Sequence record: PV577657
DNA length: 64,000 bases
DNA from: Escherichia phage vB_EcoS_MM-1
Reading direction: 5' to 3' (one strand)
Shown: one piece after another, positions 26,005 through 34,891 of the stretch
Layout: each line of letters begins with the position of its first letter
Numbering within the stretch: the first letter of the stretch is position 1
Made by a program: the position numbers and the translations under genes
Notes under the pieces: generated by a model
Databases searched by the model: none
Told to the model about the DNA's origin: nothing
Seen by the model: only the letters and a program-made list of their open reading frames with translations

Positions 26005-28791
26005 GTGTTCTCAATCCTACAAGGTCATGCAGGATTTCATCGCGATTTAGCCACAGGCATTTGGCGAGAAGTTAAAGCAGAAGACTATCTTTTTGCTAAA
26101 AGATTTTCCTCAAAGCATCCTGAAGGTAAACCAGCTTCAATGCCCTTCAAGTTTGATGTAATTGATGAAGTTGATCCTCAAACCCTAGTAGAAATGCTCC
26201 CTCTTATGAGACGTTTAACGTCTGACCCTCATATCGTTGCGGTACGAGGTCGATGTCTTGCACCCAAAAATAATGTGCGGCGTAAGAAGGGCAACTTTAA
26301 TGTATCTAACCCAAGTCATATAATTGCAATGGACGTGGATGGTATTGTAGATACAGGTGGTTGTAACAAGTTTGATCTTGTTGGCATGGCTCGACATATT
26401 ATTAGAATGTTAAATAGTATTAGTGAGGATATGTTTCCTCTTGATGCAGGGTTTATTGCTCATGCATCGTCTTCGGCTGGGCTAAAACCAGGTATCCGAA
26501 TGCACTTAATACTAGAATCTAATGTTAAAGTAACTCAGGGTCAAATCAAATTCTTATTTACATCTATCAATGAAAGTAGTAGACAAAAGTATGGCTTTGA
26601 TATTGCCGACTTAGCTTATTACTCTTCCGTACAGCTCCATTATTTTGCAGATCCGTTATTTACCGATGGTATAGTAGATCCGTTTAAGGCGGAGGGTGCT
26701 TCACGTCTGGTATTTGTTAAGGGTTCTAAAGTAAACTTACCTAATAATCTGGTTGACTATGAAACAACTAGAGGTGAGTTTAAGGAGGAGTTTTACTCTT
26801 TACTCGATCAAATTAAAGGTAAAAAAGCTGCCTCCGATAAAGTAGAGGAAACTATCAGCGAACTAGAAGAAGCTGAGGATGGAGTGTATCTACGTATCAT
26901 ACCTAAACTCTATCACAGAGCTTTAGAGGATGGTGTTGATTTTGCATGGCTAGAAAAAGAAATCCGTCCAGCCTTATCAGAATATATTGCAACCAAAGAT
27001 AATAGTCGTAATATTCAAGATTACTTTAATAACGGTCGTAAACAGGCTCTGAAAGCATTTGTTAATAATTCTAAACGCGATATACCTGATGTTTTAAAAG
27101 GTATTCCACTTAAAAAGCTAGAAACTAACTCTCTAGAAACTGATAACTTCTTGAAATTAAATACTGTACCACCAGAAGGTTATATGACTTTTGTAAAAGC
27201 AAGTCTAGGTACAGGTAAAACTACGGCGGTTGTGCGTTGGTTAGATTCAGGAGTTATTAAAGGTAATTTCTTAGCAATTACCAATACTCGAGCACTGGTA
27301 TCTTCAAATGCTAAGAAATTTAGTGCAGGACAATATGATAAGTCTGTAGATATGCTTAATTTTAAGCGTGGTGCTATTGACCGTATGTCCACAACTATTC
27401 ACTCTTTGCATAAGTTCAAGAGTTTTATTGGTCAAATCGATGCAATCTTTATAGATGAATGTGATGCTGTAATGAATGACCTATTATTCGCCCCGGTTGT
27501 TAAACAACGTCGTGAATGTATTCAGGTTCTTCGGGATATTCTTGCAACTGCAAAAATCATTATATTATCTGATGGGGATATTAGTGCAGAAACAATTGAA
27601 GCATATGGTTCTTTAATTGAGTTTGATAAACCGGTTGCATTTTATAATCATCACCGAAAAATGCTATCAAAAGCTCATGCCTACGAGTTCCCTGATGAAT
27701 CCAGTATTTGGGTTGCACTTCAGACTTCTCTAGAGATGGGTGAGAAATCTATCCTAGTATCTGACTGTGGGCCGGATGAACTGAATGAGAAGGGCATGGC
27801 GTTGCGTCGTAATACGGGTGCGTTAGTTAAGGAAATCCACTCAAACTCTACGTCTGATGTAGATATTCGACGTATTCTGGATTACACAACTAATGAGTTA
27901 ATTGACCAACAAATTGATTGCTTATTATGTAGTCCATCCGTAACGAGTGGTGTTGACTTCAACTATTTTGATAACGTATTCGTTATTACTAGAACCAGTA
28001 ACCAAGCGCCAAACATGCGTTTTCAAGCAATCAGGCGCGACCGTGGTGCTCAGAACATTTATTATTTTATTGATAAATCTACGAGTGGATTCTCCGCAGG
28101 CTCTGAACAATATAATATTGATGAAGGTTGGCTGGAGTTAGCACAGCAATTATACGCACGTCGTAGGGAGCTGGAGTCTAGGAACTATACTAGTACTTTA
28201 CGTTATTACTTGCTTGATCAGGGTGCAACTATTGATATTTTCAGTGAAAGCTGGGGAACTATCGAAGGTGCAGGTAAAGAGTATACAGAAGAGCGAATCA
28301 AAGCCATTTTGTATTCAACTCCTGATTATTGTGCTCCACGCCATGCAGATGCATATGAAGCTAAACTACTTCTTGTTCGCTATTATCATCTTGAGTCTAT
28401 TAAAGATGTAACAGTTGAGCATGTTGAGCAATACATTAAGGATAAACCGAATGATCGAGCGGCATTCTTCCATAAAATGCACGAGATGTTCTGGGAAGAT
28501 ATTAAGAAGTGTTCAAATGTCACTATCAAACCATTCATAGAAGCTCTGAAAGGCAAGAAGAAAGATTTCTTCCTTAAAACAGGTCAGAGTGCTAACCCAA
28601 AATATGCCAGAATGTATCTTGGTATGATGGGTATTGGCAAGGATATGAACACGGAGAATATTGTAGACTGGTACAGAACTTATTGTAAAATCGAGTGTAT
28701 GCCAATTCCTTTCAAATTCATGACAGAGGAAGAGAAGGCTATGGCAGAAGAAGTACTGTCCGAACTTGGAGCAACTAATGAAGACGCATAA
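26005..28791 (+). CDS. putative replication initiator: AEP/PrimPol-like N-terminal domain fused to P-loop NTPase (helicase-like)
   Basis: N-terminal IAMDVDG and GIRMHLIL (AEP motifs I/II-like); C-terminal Walker A SLGTGKTT and Walker B FIDECD; start at GTG 26005 after AGGAG (ORF-track 25927). Confidence 0.6.
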   Translation: MFSILQGHAGFHRDLATGIWREVKAEDYLFAKRFSSKHPEGKPASMPFKFDVIDEVDPQTLVEMLPLMRRLTSDPHIVAVRGRCLAPKNNVRRKKGNFNVSNPSHIIAMDVDGIVDTGGCNKFDLVGMARHIIRMLNSISEDMFPLDAGFIAHASSSAGLKPGIRMHLILESNVKVTQGQIKFLFTSINESSRQKYGFDIADLAYYSSVQLHYFADPLFTDGIVDPFKAEGASRLVFVKGSKVNLPNNLVDYETTRGEFKEEFYSLLDQIKGKKAASDKVEETISELEEAEDGVYLRIIPKLYHRALEDGVDFAWLEKEIRPALSEYIATKDNSRNIQDYFNNGRKQALKAFVNNSKRDIPDVLKGIPLKKLETNSLETDNFLKLNTVPPEGYMTFVKASLGTGKTTAVVRWLDSGVIKGNFLAITNTRALVSSNAKKFSAGQYDKSVDMLNFKRGAIDRMSTTIHSLHKFKSFIGQIDAIFIDECDAVMNDLLFAPVVKQRRECIQVLRDILATAKIIILSDGDISAETIEAYGSLIEFDKPVAFYNHHRKMLSKAHAYEFPDESSIWVALQTSLEMGEKSILVSDCGPDELNEKGMALRRNTGALVKEIHSNSTSDVDIRRILDYTTNELIDQQIDCLLCSPSVTSGVDFNYFDNVFVITRTSNQAPNMRFQAIRRDRGAQNIYYFIDKSTSGFSAGSEQYNIDEGWLELAQQLYARRRELESRNYTSTLRYYLLDQGATIDIFSESWGTIEGAGKEYTEERIKAILYSTPDYCAPRHADAYEAKLLLVRYYHLESIKDVTVEHVEQYIKDKPNDRAAFFHKMHEMFWEDIKKCSNVTIKPFIEALKGKKKDFFLKTGQSANPKYARMYLGMMGIGKDMNTENIVDWYRTYCKIECMPIPFKFMTEEEKAMAEEVLSELGATNEDA

Positions 28792-29296
28792 ACCAATGCC
28801 TCCTATGGCATTTATCCTAGAAAAGCTTAGGTATGACGAAAGTACTGGGGACTTAATTTGGTTATCTGGCCCAAGGAAGGGAAAGGTAGCGGGCTCCAAA
28901 ATGAAAACTGGGAGACAGCTAGAGTTTATGATAAATGGGGGGCGGACAGCTTACTTAGCCCATAGAATAATCTGGTTTATAAAGACAGGTGAAGATCCTG
29001 GAGATAAAACTATTGACCATAAAGACGGTGATAGTTTAAACAACTTGTGGGATAATTTACGTAAGGCTACCTATTCCGAAAATGGAAAGAATAAGAAGTG
29101 TTCTACTAATTCTACCGGATTCACTGGAGTTGTAAAACGAGGTAATAGGTATATGGCCTACGCTTACTGCGATGGAAAGCAACATATTTTTGGTAGACGA
29201 GATACCCCGGAAGAAGCCCATCAGCTATACCTTAGGGGAGTTAAAGAGCTGTTTGGTGAATTTAATCCCTCGGAGAGATATGACAGTGAAGAATAA
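28778..29296 (+). CDS. HNH homing endonuclease
   Basis: IDHKDGDSLNNLWDNLR HNH motif; overlaps 3' end of upstream gene. Confidence 0.8.
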   Translation: MKTHKPMPPMAFILEKLRYDESTGDLIWLSGPRKGKVAGSKMKTGRQLEFMINGGRTAYLAHRIIWFIKTGEDPGDKTIDHKDGDSLNNLWDNLRKATYSENGKNKKCSTNSTGFTGVVKRGNRYMAYAYCDGKQHIFGRRDTPEEAHQLYLRGVKELFGEFNPSERYDSEE

Positions 29297-29513
29297 AAAA
29301 TGGGAAACAAGGAAGTTTCCAGTAAAAGAACGTAAAGTTCCTGTTTATGATACTTCGGAGAAGCTATGTAGGGTGGTACCGCACAGATTAGCTGGCATCC
29401 CTAACATATCCGAGTGGTTACTTAAACAACGGAGGACTAGCGTATCCCTTCGCATAGGGTTTGAGTTAGATAAAGTATATGCTGAACTTTCTTCTTTGCT
29501 CAAGGAATCGTAA
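29280..29513 (+). CDS. small hypothetical protein
   Basis: ORF-track 29172..29513; probable start MTVKNKKW after GGAGAG. Confidence 0.4.
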   Translation: MTVKNKKWETRKFPVKERKVPVYDTSEKLCRVVPHRLAGIPNISEWLLKQRRTSVSLRIGFELDKVYAELSSLLKES

Positions 29514-29580
29514 AAATTTATTTGCATAGTGCAAAAAATTTCTGTATAATAGATTCATAAATTTGAGAGAGGAGTTTAAA
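29511..29580 (+). promoter_or_regulatory. PN25-like T5 early promoter
   Basis: AAAAATTTATTTGCAT...TTCTGTATAATAGATTCATAAATTTGAGAGAGGAG; near copy of classical T5 PN25 promoter as recalled. Confidence 0.8.
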
Positions 29581-29581
29581 T

Positions 29582-30286
29582 ATGGCTGGTTCTCGTAGAA
29601 AGAAACATATCCATGAAATCCCGGATGAAGTCTTTAAAAAGGTTATAGAGCATCTGGAGAACGGTGGTACTAAGAAAGCAGCATGTGAAATGCTCGGCGT
29701 ATCATCCAATCCAACTATGGAAAGGATGATTGAAGAATGGCAAGACCGCCAGATTCAAGTTGCCGAAATGAAGAAAAAGAAACGTGGCACACTCATTGAA
29801 GGCATTGAGTTAGCTAACGTTATTGAGCAGTATTTATCTGGTGATTCTTTTGAAGAAATTGCCGATCGTAATTACCGCTCTGTAGCAATGGTTAAATCTG
29901 TTCTGGAACGATATGGTGCTCTACTTCGTTTGAACGATATTGTAGATCCATTGAATCCTCCAATTATTCCTGATGATGCTGTAGCAGAAGAATTTGCAGT
30001 TGGTGAGCTTGTTTGGGTTCCTGGATACCAGTGTATCGGTGAAATCAAAAAAGCAATGGATAATCCTGTTGGTTGCTACCGTGTATGGCTTCTATCCGAA
30101 GGCAAACAACAGAACGTTCATTATATGAATTACGAGCTGGCTTCTGTTAAACATCTGGAAAAGTTAGGGGTAGACGTAAAATCTCTAGGGTATAAGTGGA
30201 CTCGTGAAGAAATTATTACGTTGATTAACGAAGCTGTTAAGGCTGCTCTGAAACTTGATAAAGAAAAAGGAAAACGCCGTGAGTAA
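29582..30286 (+). CDS. hypothetical early protein with N-terminal HTH-like segment
   Basis: 234-aa ORF immediately after PN25-like promoter. Confidence 0.75.
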   Translation: MAGSRRKKHIHEIPDEVFKKVIEHLENGGTKKAACEMLGVSSNPTMERMIEEWQDRQIQVAEMKKKKRGTLIEGIELANVIEQYLSGDSFEEIADRNYRSVAMVKSVLERYGALLRLNDIVDPLNPPIIPDDAVAEEFAVGELVWVPGYQCIGEIKKAMDNPVGCYRVWLLSEGKQQNVHYMNYELASVKHLEKLGVDVKSLGYKWTREEIITLINEAVKAALKLDKEKGKRRE

Positions 30287-30530
30287 GCTAACAGATTTGC
30301 TTAAGGATGGTGAAACAAAAACCGTGTATCGTAGAAGCTGGGATAATGACAATAATGGCTTAGTGTTACTAACTTTAGACGCTGACTCAGATGTAGCTAC
30401 CCAACATACCTGGGTAGCTGGTAATTATCCCTATAGTGAGGTTGTTACGTTAACAGTATGCGAAGCTATTGCCGACGATTGGGAGATTGCCAGCATTGAT
30501 GATATGCTTGCTGTTGGCCTGGTGGAGTAA
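30276..30530 (+). CDS. hypothetical protein
   Basis: ORF-track 30255..30530; GTG start after AAAGGAAAA plausible. Confidence 0.5.
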   Translation, partial: AVSKLTDLLKDGETKTVYRRSWDNDNNGLVLLTLDADSDVATQHTWVAGNYPYSEVVTLTVCEAIADDWEIASIDDMLAVGLVE

Positions 30531-30547
30531 CTACTGAAAAATTTCAG

Positions 30548-30592
30548 TTGCTTAATCCTATAATTCTTGATATAATATTCTCATAGTTTGAA
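30548..30592 (+). promoter_or_regulatory. T5-type early promoter
   Basis: TTGCTT -17- TATAAT; preceded by hairpin CTGAAAAATTTCAG. Confidence 0.55.
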
Positions 30593-30633
30593 AGAACTAT
30601 TCTGTTTAATTCTTAATTAAGGAAATATAAAAT

Positions 30634-31044
30634 ATGACTACTCCAACTCAGTGGACTGATGAACTGTTCGAAAAAATGTCTTCCGAATACGTTGCTCGTA
30701 TGGAGCAATTCCCAGAGGATGAACGTCCGGGTGTTAGCATGGAAATTGTTAGCGAAATTGCCCAGGAAAATGGTGTAACTCCGAACGGTTTTCGTATGAA
30801 GCTGACTAAAGCAGGTTTGTATATCAAGAAAGCTGCTGGCTCTGCTTCTAAATCTAGCGCATCTACTGGAGAAAAGGCTTCTGGTGGTTCTCGTACCTCC
30901 AAAGCTCAAGCTCATGCCGATCTTCGTTCAGCATTCTCTGATGCTGGCTTAGCACCGGATTTTCTGGATGATGCAATTATCGATAAACTGACCGGTAAAG
31001 CGGCTGCTCATCTGGCAGAAGCAATCCGAGCTATCACTAAGTAA
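30634..31044 (+). CDS. hypothetical protein, host-optimal codon usage
   Basis: 136-aa ORF; AAGGA RBS. Confidence 0.7.
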   Translation: MTTPTQWTDELFEKMSSEYVARMEQFPEDERPGVSMEIVSEIAQENGVTPNGFRMKLTKAGLYIKKAAGSASKSSASTGEKASGGSRTSKAQAHADLRSAFSDAGLAPDFLDDAIIDKLTGKAAAHLAEAIRAITK

Positions 31045-31080
31045 TTTTTAGATAAATCCACCAACAAAAGGAACACAGTT

Positions 31081-31377
31081 ATGACCAAAGCTGAAATTAT
31101 CGCACAATGTGAAAAATTTGGTGAGTTTTATCTTCATTACGAGAAACTTCGTCAGAAAGGAACCACGTATCTTCAGGGTACGATGGAATTTGATCCAGCC
31201 CAAGATAAATATCTAGCTGAGCGTATTAAACGTGAACGTATTCGTAAAGCGAAAGATGATGAGATCCTTGTCTTCTCTCGTACTAATGATAGCTTCCGTT
31301 TTATTCCTGTCGAAAAAGTCCGTCGTGTGACTAGCCTCCAATCAGAGTTAGATCGTGCTTCTCCAGTAGGCCGATAA
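31081..31377 (+). CDS. hypothetical protein
   Basis: 98-aa ORF followed by terminator. Confidence 0.65.
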   Translation: MTKAEIIAQCEKFGEFYLHYEKLRQKGTTYLQGTMEFDPAQDKYLAERIKRERIRKAKDDEILVFSRTNDSFRFIPVEKVRRVTSLQSELDRASPVGR

Positions 31378-31387
31378 GAAACCAATT

Positions 31388-31412
31388 AGCCCCTATATGG
31401 GGCTTTTTGTGT
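31388..31412 (+). terminator. rho-independent terminator
   Basis: AGCCCC-TATAT-GGGGCT + TTTTTG. Confidence 0.7.
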
Positions 31413-31427
31413 ATTTGGGATATGTAA

Positions 31428-31736
31428 ATGAGCGAACAGGTAAATCAAAACTATGAAGGACACGTTGATGACCAGTCCATCATACTTTGGGAGAAGGAGG
31501 GAGAACAAGTAAGATTAACAGTATCTGAATTTCGTGGGAATCTATACATGGGTATTCGTTACTGGCTTCTTGATATTAATGATGAGTGGTTTCCAACGAA
31601 ATCTGGCTTCTCTTTTCCTTACACCCTAGAAACAACATCACAGCTTTTCTATGCGTTTACACAGATTCTTAGCGAATCTGAGGTTTTACATGAAGTACAG
31701 AAACGAGCTGAAGAACTCAAAGCCAAGAATGCCTAG
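31428..31736 (+). CDS. hypothetical protein
   Basis: 102-aa ORF. Confidence 0.65.
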   Translation: MSEQVNQNYEGHVDDQSIILWEKEGEQVRLTVSEFRGNLYMGIRYWLLDINDEWFPTKSGFSFPYTLETTSQLFYAFTQILSESEVLHEVQKRAEELKAKNA

Positions 31737-31745
31737 TTCTTGGCT
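31711..31745 (+). terminator. rho-independent terminator overlapping stop codon
   Basis: AGCCAAGAA-TGCCTAG-TTCTTGGCT + TTTTTC. Confidence 0.6.
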
Positions 31746-31763
31746 TTTTCTTTATAAATGTAC

Positions 31764-31810
31764 TTGCTTTCAACTCAGTTTTGTTATATAATATTTATAT
31801 AAATTAATGA
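31764..31810 (+). promoter_or_regulatory. T5-type early promoter
   Basis: TTGCTT -17- TATAAT then TTTATATAAATTAATGAGAGGG. Confidence 0.65.
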
Positions 31811-31822
31811 GAGGGTTGCAAA

Positions 31823-32095
31823 GTGAAAAAGATAAGTATAAGTACACTTAAACCTTTCCCGTACATCGGACAGCCTCTTATACTTATGTGGGAGGAGAAG
31901 ATTAATGGGGAAAAGTATACTAAAACTAGAAGTGGGTATAAGCTGACTTCACTTCATTACGAAAAAGAAGTATTAGTAGCTGAAATATACTCTCCGTTGT
32001 CAGATAGGCTAGTAAAAACTACATATTTGCATCGTTGCAAAAATTATACATGGCACGGATCCACTAGACAACCCTCATACTGTGAGGCAGAATAA
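31823..32095 (+). CDS. hypothetical protein
   Basis: 90-aa ORF, GTG start after GAGGG. Confidence 0.6.
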   Translation: MKKISISTLKPFPYIGQPLILMWEEKINGEKYTKTRSGYKLTSLHYEKEVLVAEIYSPLSDRLVKTTYLHRCKNYTWHGSTRQPSYCEAE

Positions 32096-33067
32096 ATGAC
32101 CAATGTAAAAGACTTTATTAAACGCTGTCAAGAAGCATATTATCAAGGTATGTCTTTAATCTCTGACGAAGAATATGATCGTCTGATTAAAAGATTTCCG
32201 TTAGAAGAAGAGATCGGGCCTAAGGGCGATATTCCACATCTGTATCGTATGTATTCTTTACAGAAAGTTTATTATAATCGTGGAGATAAACCCCCGTTTA
32301 ACCCATTAGGTCAGGTAGAAACTGATAAGTTAGATGGTTGTGCAATTTCTCTGTTATATATTAATGGCGAATTTGTTCAAGCACTAACTCGTGGTAACGG
32401 TATTCTAGGGAATGATGTCACAAGCAACGTAAGATTGCTGAACATCCCTAAAAAGATTTCCCAAAAAGTACCTACTCAAATCACTGGTGAAGTTCTAATT
32501 ACAAAAGAAGTAGAAAATAAACGTAACTTTGCCTCTGGTGCTATTAACCTCAAAGATAGTGATGATTTTGTACAACGTATCGGAGAAGGTGGTTTAATCT
32601 TCGTTGCATATGGTATCCAGTGTTCTGCTGAATCTGTAGGTATTACAGAAGCATATTTAAAAGATATGCTTTGGCTGGAGAATGAGAACTTCTTAACAGT
32701 TGTTAATGTGCGTTCTTTCTTTAAATGGATTCCGACGGACGGTAAAGTTGTTCGTATTAATGATAACAACAAATTCTTCCGTGAAGGCTGGACTAATAAA
32801 TTCCCTCGTGGAGCATTCGCTATTAAAGAGGATGAAGAAGGCGAGATTACAACTCTTACTAAAGTTGAATGGCAGGTAGGAGCTTCTGGTAAAGTAACTC
32901 CAGTTGGTTATTTCGAACCGGTAATTATTGATGATGCTACAATTGTTAAAGCGACTCTTAATAACGTTGATTATATTAACTCTCTTGATCTAGAGATCGG
33001 TTGCCAGATTCGAGTGATTCGTGCTGGTGGTGTAATCCCGTGCATAGTAGAGCGAGTATATGATTAA
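32096..33067 (+). CDS. NAD-dependent DNA ligase, N-terminal fragment (adenylation + OB domains)
   Basis: KxDG adenylation motif (DKLDGCAISLLY); ends after OB-fold region; 323 aa. Confidence 0.85.
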   Translation: MTNVKDFIKRCQEAYYQGMSLISDEEYDRLIKRFPLEEEIGPKGDIPHLYRMYSLQKVYYNRGDKPPFNPLGQVETDKLDGCAISLLYINGEFVQALTRGNGILGNDVTSNVRLLNIPKKISQKVPTQITGEVLITKEVENKRNFASGAINLKDSDDFVQRIGEGGLIFVAYGIQCSAESVGITEAYLKDMLWLENENFLTVVNVRSFFKWIPTDGKVVRINDNNKFFREGWTNKFPRGAFAIKEDEEGEITTLTKVEWQVGASGKVTPVGYFEPVIIDDATIVKATLNNVDYINSLDLEIGCQIRVIRAGGVIPCIVERVYD

Positions 33068-33210
33068 TACATAGCCCTTTGCTACCCATCTACCATATCG
33101 GAATTATAAAGTGGTTATTGACATTTTCGCCGCTTAGGTATATACTATTATCATTCAGTTGAGGGATAGAAAGTTATGGCGAGGGTAAGCAAAGTTAGTT
33201 AAAATTGTAG

Positions 33211-33266
33211 TTGCTAAATGCTTAAATACTTGTTATAATATTTATATAAATTGATAAGGAAGAAAT
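33211..33266 (+). promoter_or_regulatory. T5-type promoter inside ligase split
   Basis: TTGCTA -17- TATAAT then ATTTATATAAATTGATAAGGAAG; second TTGACA-17-TATACT at 33116-33145. Confidence 0.6.
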
Positions 33267-34049
33267 TTGATGAAAATCGAAATTCCAACACAATGTCCCT
33301 CTTGTGGTTCTAAGCTAGATCTTGTCAACGGACAATTATTTTGTCGGAATAAGTCCAACTGTCCAGCGCAATCAAGTAAGTTAATTGAGAACTTCTGTAC
33401 AAAAATGAAGTTAAAGGGCTTTGGTCCAAAAACTATTGAAAAGCTGGAGCTGACGAAGATCTCAGAACTATTTTACCTAACCGAAGAAGATTTGGTTAGA
33501 GCCGTGGGTAGCAAGGTTGCCGCTAAGTTAATTAGCGAATTAAATACTAAAGTTCGCGGAGACATTGACTTTGGTTCAGTTCTCGGTTCTTTAGGAATCC
33601 CTCTAATTGGAGAGGTTGCAGCAAAGAAATTATCCCAAAATTGCACTAGCTTCCACGATGTGAAGGCTGACGGCAAGGCTGGAGAAAACTACAAAGCCTG
33701 GCTAAATTCCCCGCAAGGCAAGGATGTTATCGAACTACCGTGGAAATTCTCAACTGGTATTAAGGGCACTAAAGCTGACGTCATCATTACAGATGAATTA
33801 GTTGCCCAGCCAAATGGAATCGCGGTATGTATTACCGGATCTTTGCAAGATTTTGCAAATCGAACGGATGCAACAAACTATTTAGAAAGTCTAGGGTATA
33901 CGGTTAAGAAATCCGTTACCAAAGACGTAAAATACCTGATCTGTGAGGATGAATCAAAACGTTCTTCCTCATCTTATAAGAAAGCCGAAACGAATGGGAT
34001 AGAAATCCTGTCGATTAAAGAACTATTGGAGAAAAATAATAATGTCTAA
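33267..34049 (+). CDS. NAD-dependent DNA ligase, C-terminal fragment (Zn-finger, HhH, BRCT)
   Basis: Starts at LigA-type Zn finger CPSCGS...C..C; HhH-like GIPLIGEVAAKKL; 260 aa. Confidence 0.85.
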   Translation: MMKIEIPTQCPSCGSKLDLVNGQLFCRNKSNCPAQSSKLIENFCTKMKLKGFGPKTIEKLELTKISELFYLTEEDLVRAVGSKVAAKLISELNTKVRGDIDFGSVLGSLGIPLIGEVAAKKLSQNCTSFHDVKADGKAGENYKAWLNSPQGKDVIELPWKFSTGIKGTKADVIITDELVAQPNGIAVCITGSLQDFANRTDATNYLESLGYTVKKSVTKDVKYLICEDESKRSSSSYKKAETNGIEILSIKELLEKNNNV

Positions 34050-34809
34050 ACTGAACTGGAACGTAGAAGGTGTAACCGAGTCTCTGAAAGCAAAAGCCAC
34101 TGCTCTGGGTGTTTCTGTAATCTCTCAAGAACAAGTAGCTGCTATCGCTGCTGAACTGGCTGCTGAAACTGGCAAAGATGTTACTGCTCGCTCTGTTGGC
34201 TCTAAACTGCGTAAAGAAGGTTTTGAAGTACAGAAAGCTAACGAAGTACAGAAATCCCCGTGGACTCCTGAGCAGGAAGCTGAACTGGTTGATTTCCTGA
34301 ACGCTCATGCTGGTCAGTATACCTATGCTGAAATCGCTGCTGCTGTAGCTGGTGGTCAGTTCGGTGCTAAACAGGTACAGGGTAAGATCCTGAGTCTGGA
34401 AATGACCGCTTCTGTTAAACCAACTGAAAAAGCTGCTGCTGTTCGTTCCTTTACTCCGGATGAAGAAACTGATTTTGTTAATCAGGTTGTTGCTGGTGCT
34501 ACTATTGAAGCTATCGCTGCTCACTTCGGTCGTAATATCAAGCAGATCCGTGGTAAAGCTCTGAGCCTGCTTCGTGAAGGTCGTATCGCTGCTATGCCGG
34601 TACAGGAAACTTCCAGTGCTAAAACTCGTGAAGATCTGTTAGAAGGTCTGGATCTGGTTAACATGACTGTTGCTGAGATCGCTGAGAAAACTGGTAAGTC
34701 TGAGCGCGGTGTTAAATCTATGCTGTCTCGTCGTGGTCTGGTTGCTAAGGACTATGATGGTGCCGCTAAGCGTGCTAAACTGGATGCAAAAGCTGCGGCT
34801 GCTGAATAA
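34042..34809 (+). CDS. DNA-binding protein with four tandem HTH-like repeats (D5-like)
   Basis: Four internal repeats of about 40 aa; Ala-rich; host-optimal codons. Confidence 0.65.
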   Translation: MSKLNWNVEGVTESLKAKATALGVSVISQEQVAAIAAELAAETGKDVTARSVGSKLRKEGFEVQKANEVQKSPWTPEQEAELVDFLNAHAGQYTYAEIAAAVAGGQFGAKQVQGKILSLEMTASVKPTEKAAAVRSFTPDEETDFVNQVVAGATIEAIAAHFGRNIKQIRGKALSLLREGRIAAMPVQETSSAKTREDLLEGLDLVNMTVAEIAEKTGKSERGVKSMLSRRGLVAKDYDGAAKRAKLDAKAAAAE

Positions 34810-34825
34810 TCTGGTAAATTAAACC

Positions 34826-34860
34826 TAAGGGGAGGGGGCTATGCTCCTTCCCCTTTTTGC
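34826..34860 (+). terminator. rho-independent terminator
   Basis: AAGGGGAGGGGG...CTCCTTCCCCTT hairpin + TTTT. Confidence 0.65.
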
Positions 34861-34891
34861 ATTTAGAAGGCACGAAAGCGTGCAAAGGAGA

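Noticed and set aside
33068-33266. Self-splicing intron or intein joining the two ligase ORFs
   Set aside because: The gap is only 199 bp, carries promoter-like boxes and an RBS plus ATG for the second ORF, and the first ORF ends with an in-frame stop; two separately translated polypeptides is the simpler reading. Not excluded without RNA data.
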